Source: Camelus ferus (lineage: Eukaryota). From it: a DNA stretch of 64,000 nt. Made by a program: the position numbers and the translations under genes. Where the stretch lies: the NCBI RefSeq assembly GCF_009834535.1, contig NC_045708.1, positions 30,566,001 to 30,630,000 on the forward strand, in the 5' to 3' direction. Positions within the stretch are counted from its first letter, which is position 1; every line of letters starts with the position of its first letter. Below, piece after piece: positions 62,650 through 64,000 of the stretch. Below the pieces are notes generated by a model. That model saw only the letters and a list, made by a program, of their open reading frames with translations, was not told the DNA's origin and searched no databases.

Positions 62650-62915
62650 GTTTCTTTATCAGGGGCAGGCAGGCAGGGTGTGGCTTGCTGGGGTATAGGG
62701 ACACTGGAAGGGAGTCTGTGGGGCAGAGGAAGCCCCTGGCTGAGAGCTGCCAGCATCAAATAAAAGATGAACTTTCCCCAGGCCCACCTGCAGAGCCCTT
62801 CCTGATGCTTCTGCCTGATGCCTGCCTGATCTCCCTGAGTGGGCGGAGGGATGGTTCCAGCTTGGAGACGCCAGCTCAGCCGGTGACGGACAAAGGGCCC
62901 CCAGCTCCAAAGGTG
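62650..62915 (+). promoter_or_regulatory. ERMAP: Candidate erythroid promoter and non-coding 5' exon of ERMAP
   Basis: TGATAA (-) 62656-62661; CCACACCCT (-) 62675-62683; AATAAAA 62759-62765; acceptor-like cag at 62791-62793; tandem donors AAG|GTGGTG (62912) and GTG|GTGAGT (62915). No ERMAP coding exon lies in the window. Confidence 0.5.
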
Positions 62916-63329
62916 GTGAGTCCTCCTCCCTCTCTCCTTTCTCAATTCTTCCTAGTTCTTGGACTTTCTCAGGATCCTCAGGTTCGTTGGAGAAGCTATC
63001 CCCTTTCTCCATACTCACAAGAACATTTTAGAGGATGAAATGAGGCAACAGGAAATGAGGGGCATGAAAGGGGACAAGTAACTAGGAGGCTTGATCGGCT
63101 TTGTCTAAAGACTCTTCTCTGGTAGCACTGTCATCACTGTTAAGCATCAGAGCCATCACTTTCTTAGCCCTCACTCTCAGCCCTGTCCTGAGCTCTGTGC
63201 TTTCAGACGGATCATCTGTAGATTCCCAGGATCCTCTTAAGCTGCTTGGAGTTATCAAGGGAACTTCCGTTGCATGTTTTTTATGATTTAGAAGTTTTTG
63301 AAATTAAACTATTTCAAACTTAAATGTAA

Positions 63330-64000
63330 GTGACTTCCTATGGGAAAAAATATTTCCAACATGTATAGTAGAAAAAAAGATGATAACTATGTGAAGAATT
63401 TTGTAACCCATTTCAGAGACAAATGCCCAAATAGAAAAATGGACAAAGTATAAAGGCAGGTAATGGACAAAGTCCAAATAAGAAACGAATAATCAAAGAA
63501 ATACAAATTAGGGTTCACAGGTGCTGCCAGTCTCCTAAGGTTGAGTCCAGTGTGGAGGGGAAAAAAAAAAGAAATACAAATTAAAATGAAACAGCATTAA
63601 TTATTTTTAAAGAGATAACGATTTGGTTACTCATTAAAATGACAAAAATTTTTTAAAATGACAGCAGTGATAGCAAGGTTGTGGAGAAACAAACAGTATG
63701 ATACATTTTGGTAAATTGATATGACCTCTCTGGAGGGCAGTTTGGCAGTGCAAATGAGAAGTCTCACCATTTTAAAGATGGGAAACTCAAGGCCTAAGAG
63801 TTTAAGTGACTTCCTTAAATTTACAAAGTCACACAATTAGGGACCCAGCCAAGACTAGGACTAAGCCTTATAACTTGGCCCTCAATCTACTCACTGCCAA
63901 TTGTAGCAAAGCTTTGAATAGCAATGCATTGGGAAAAACACTAAATATCCTATAATATGGAATTATTTTTAAAATTCTTGCATATTCATCATGGAACATT
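63330..64000 (+). mobile_element. Degraded L1M ORF2 C-terminal fragment with a small nested insertion
   Basis: AATAGAAAAATGGACAAAG...GCAAGGTTGTGGAGAAAC...GGAGGGCAGTTTGGCAGT. Confidence 0.6.
63511..63567 (+). mobile_element. 57-nt A-tailed insertion of unidentified origin with perfect 16-bp TSD
   Basis: TSD AAAGAAATACAAATTA at 63495-63510 and 63568-63583. Confidence 0.8.

Noticed and set aside
62628-63038. ORFs of 105-131 aa as ERMAP coding sequence
   Set aside because: No signal peptide or IgV/B30.2 sequence; ERMAP coding exons lie beyond position 64000

Overview
Mammalian genomic window, almost certainly a camelid: it carries three tRNA-Ala-derived Vic-1-like SINEs and artiodactyl-type L1 3' ends. 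Gene order matches the human 1p34.2 block. On the - strand are CLDN19 coding exon 1 (692-914) with its upstream region and the 15-exon P3H1/LEPRE1 CDS (22948->7253; 2211 nt = 736 aa ending KDEL if exon 4 has the usual 132 nt). C1orf50 (+) lies head-to-head with P3H1, with exon 2 and part of exon 5 hidden in N-runs. TMEM269 (+) was reconstructed as 6 coding exons (248 aa). SVBP (-, 66 aa) shares a CpG-island promoter with the 5' end of ERMAP (+), whose coding exons lie beyond the window. The rest is L1, L2, MIR, LTR, DNA-transposon and microsatellite sequence, plus nine 128-276 nt N-runs. There are no rRNA, tRNA or CRISPR features. Strongest lead: TMEM269 aligns by eye along most of its length with PssA/Cho1-type CDP-alcohol phosphatidyltransferases, a route mammals are thought to lack, but three of the four signature aspartates are replaced, suggesting a pseudo-enzyme. 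Other leads are a (GCTGGCGCTGGG)7 dodecamer in the SVBP/ERMAP promoter, a TDP-43-type cryptic exon in TMEM269, clustered E-box/octamer/SOX and TEAD sites upstream of CLDN19, a GATA+KLF erythroid-type ERMAP promoter, and several tiny TSD-flanked retro-insertions, two of unidentified origin. All identifications come from reading the sequence and recalling orthologs; no searches were run.
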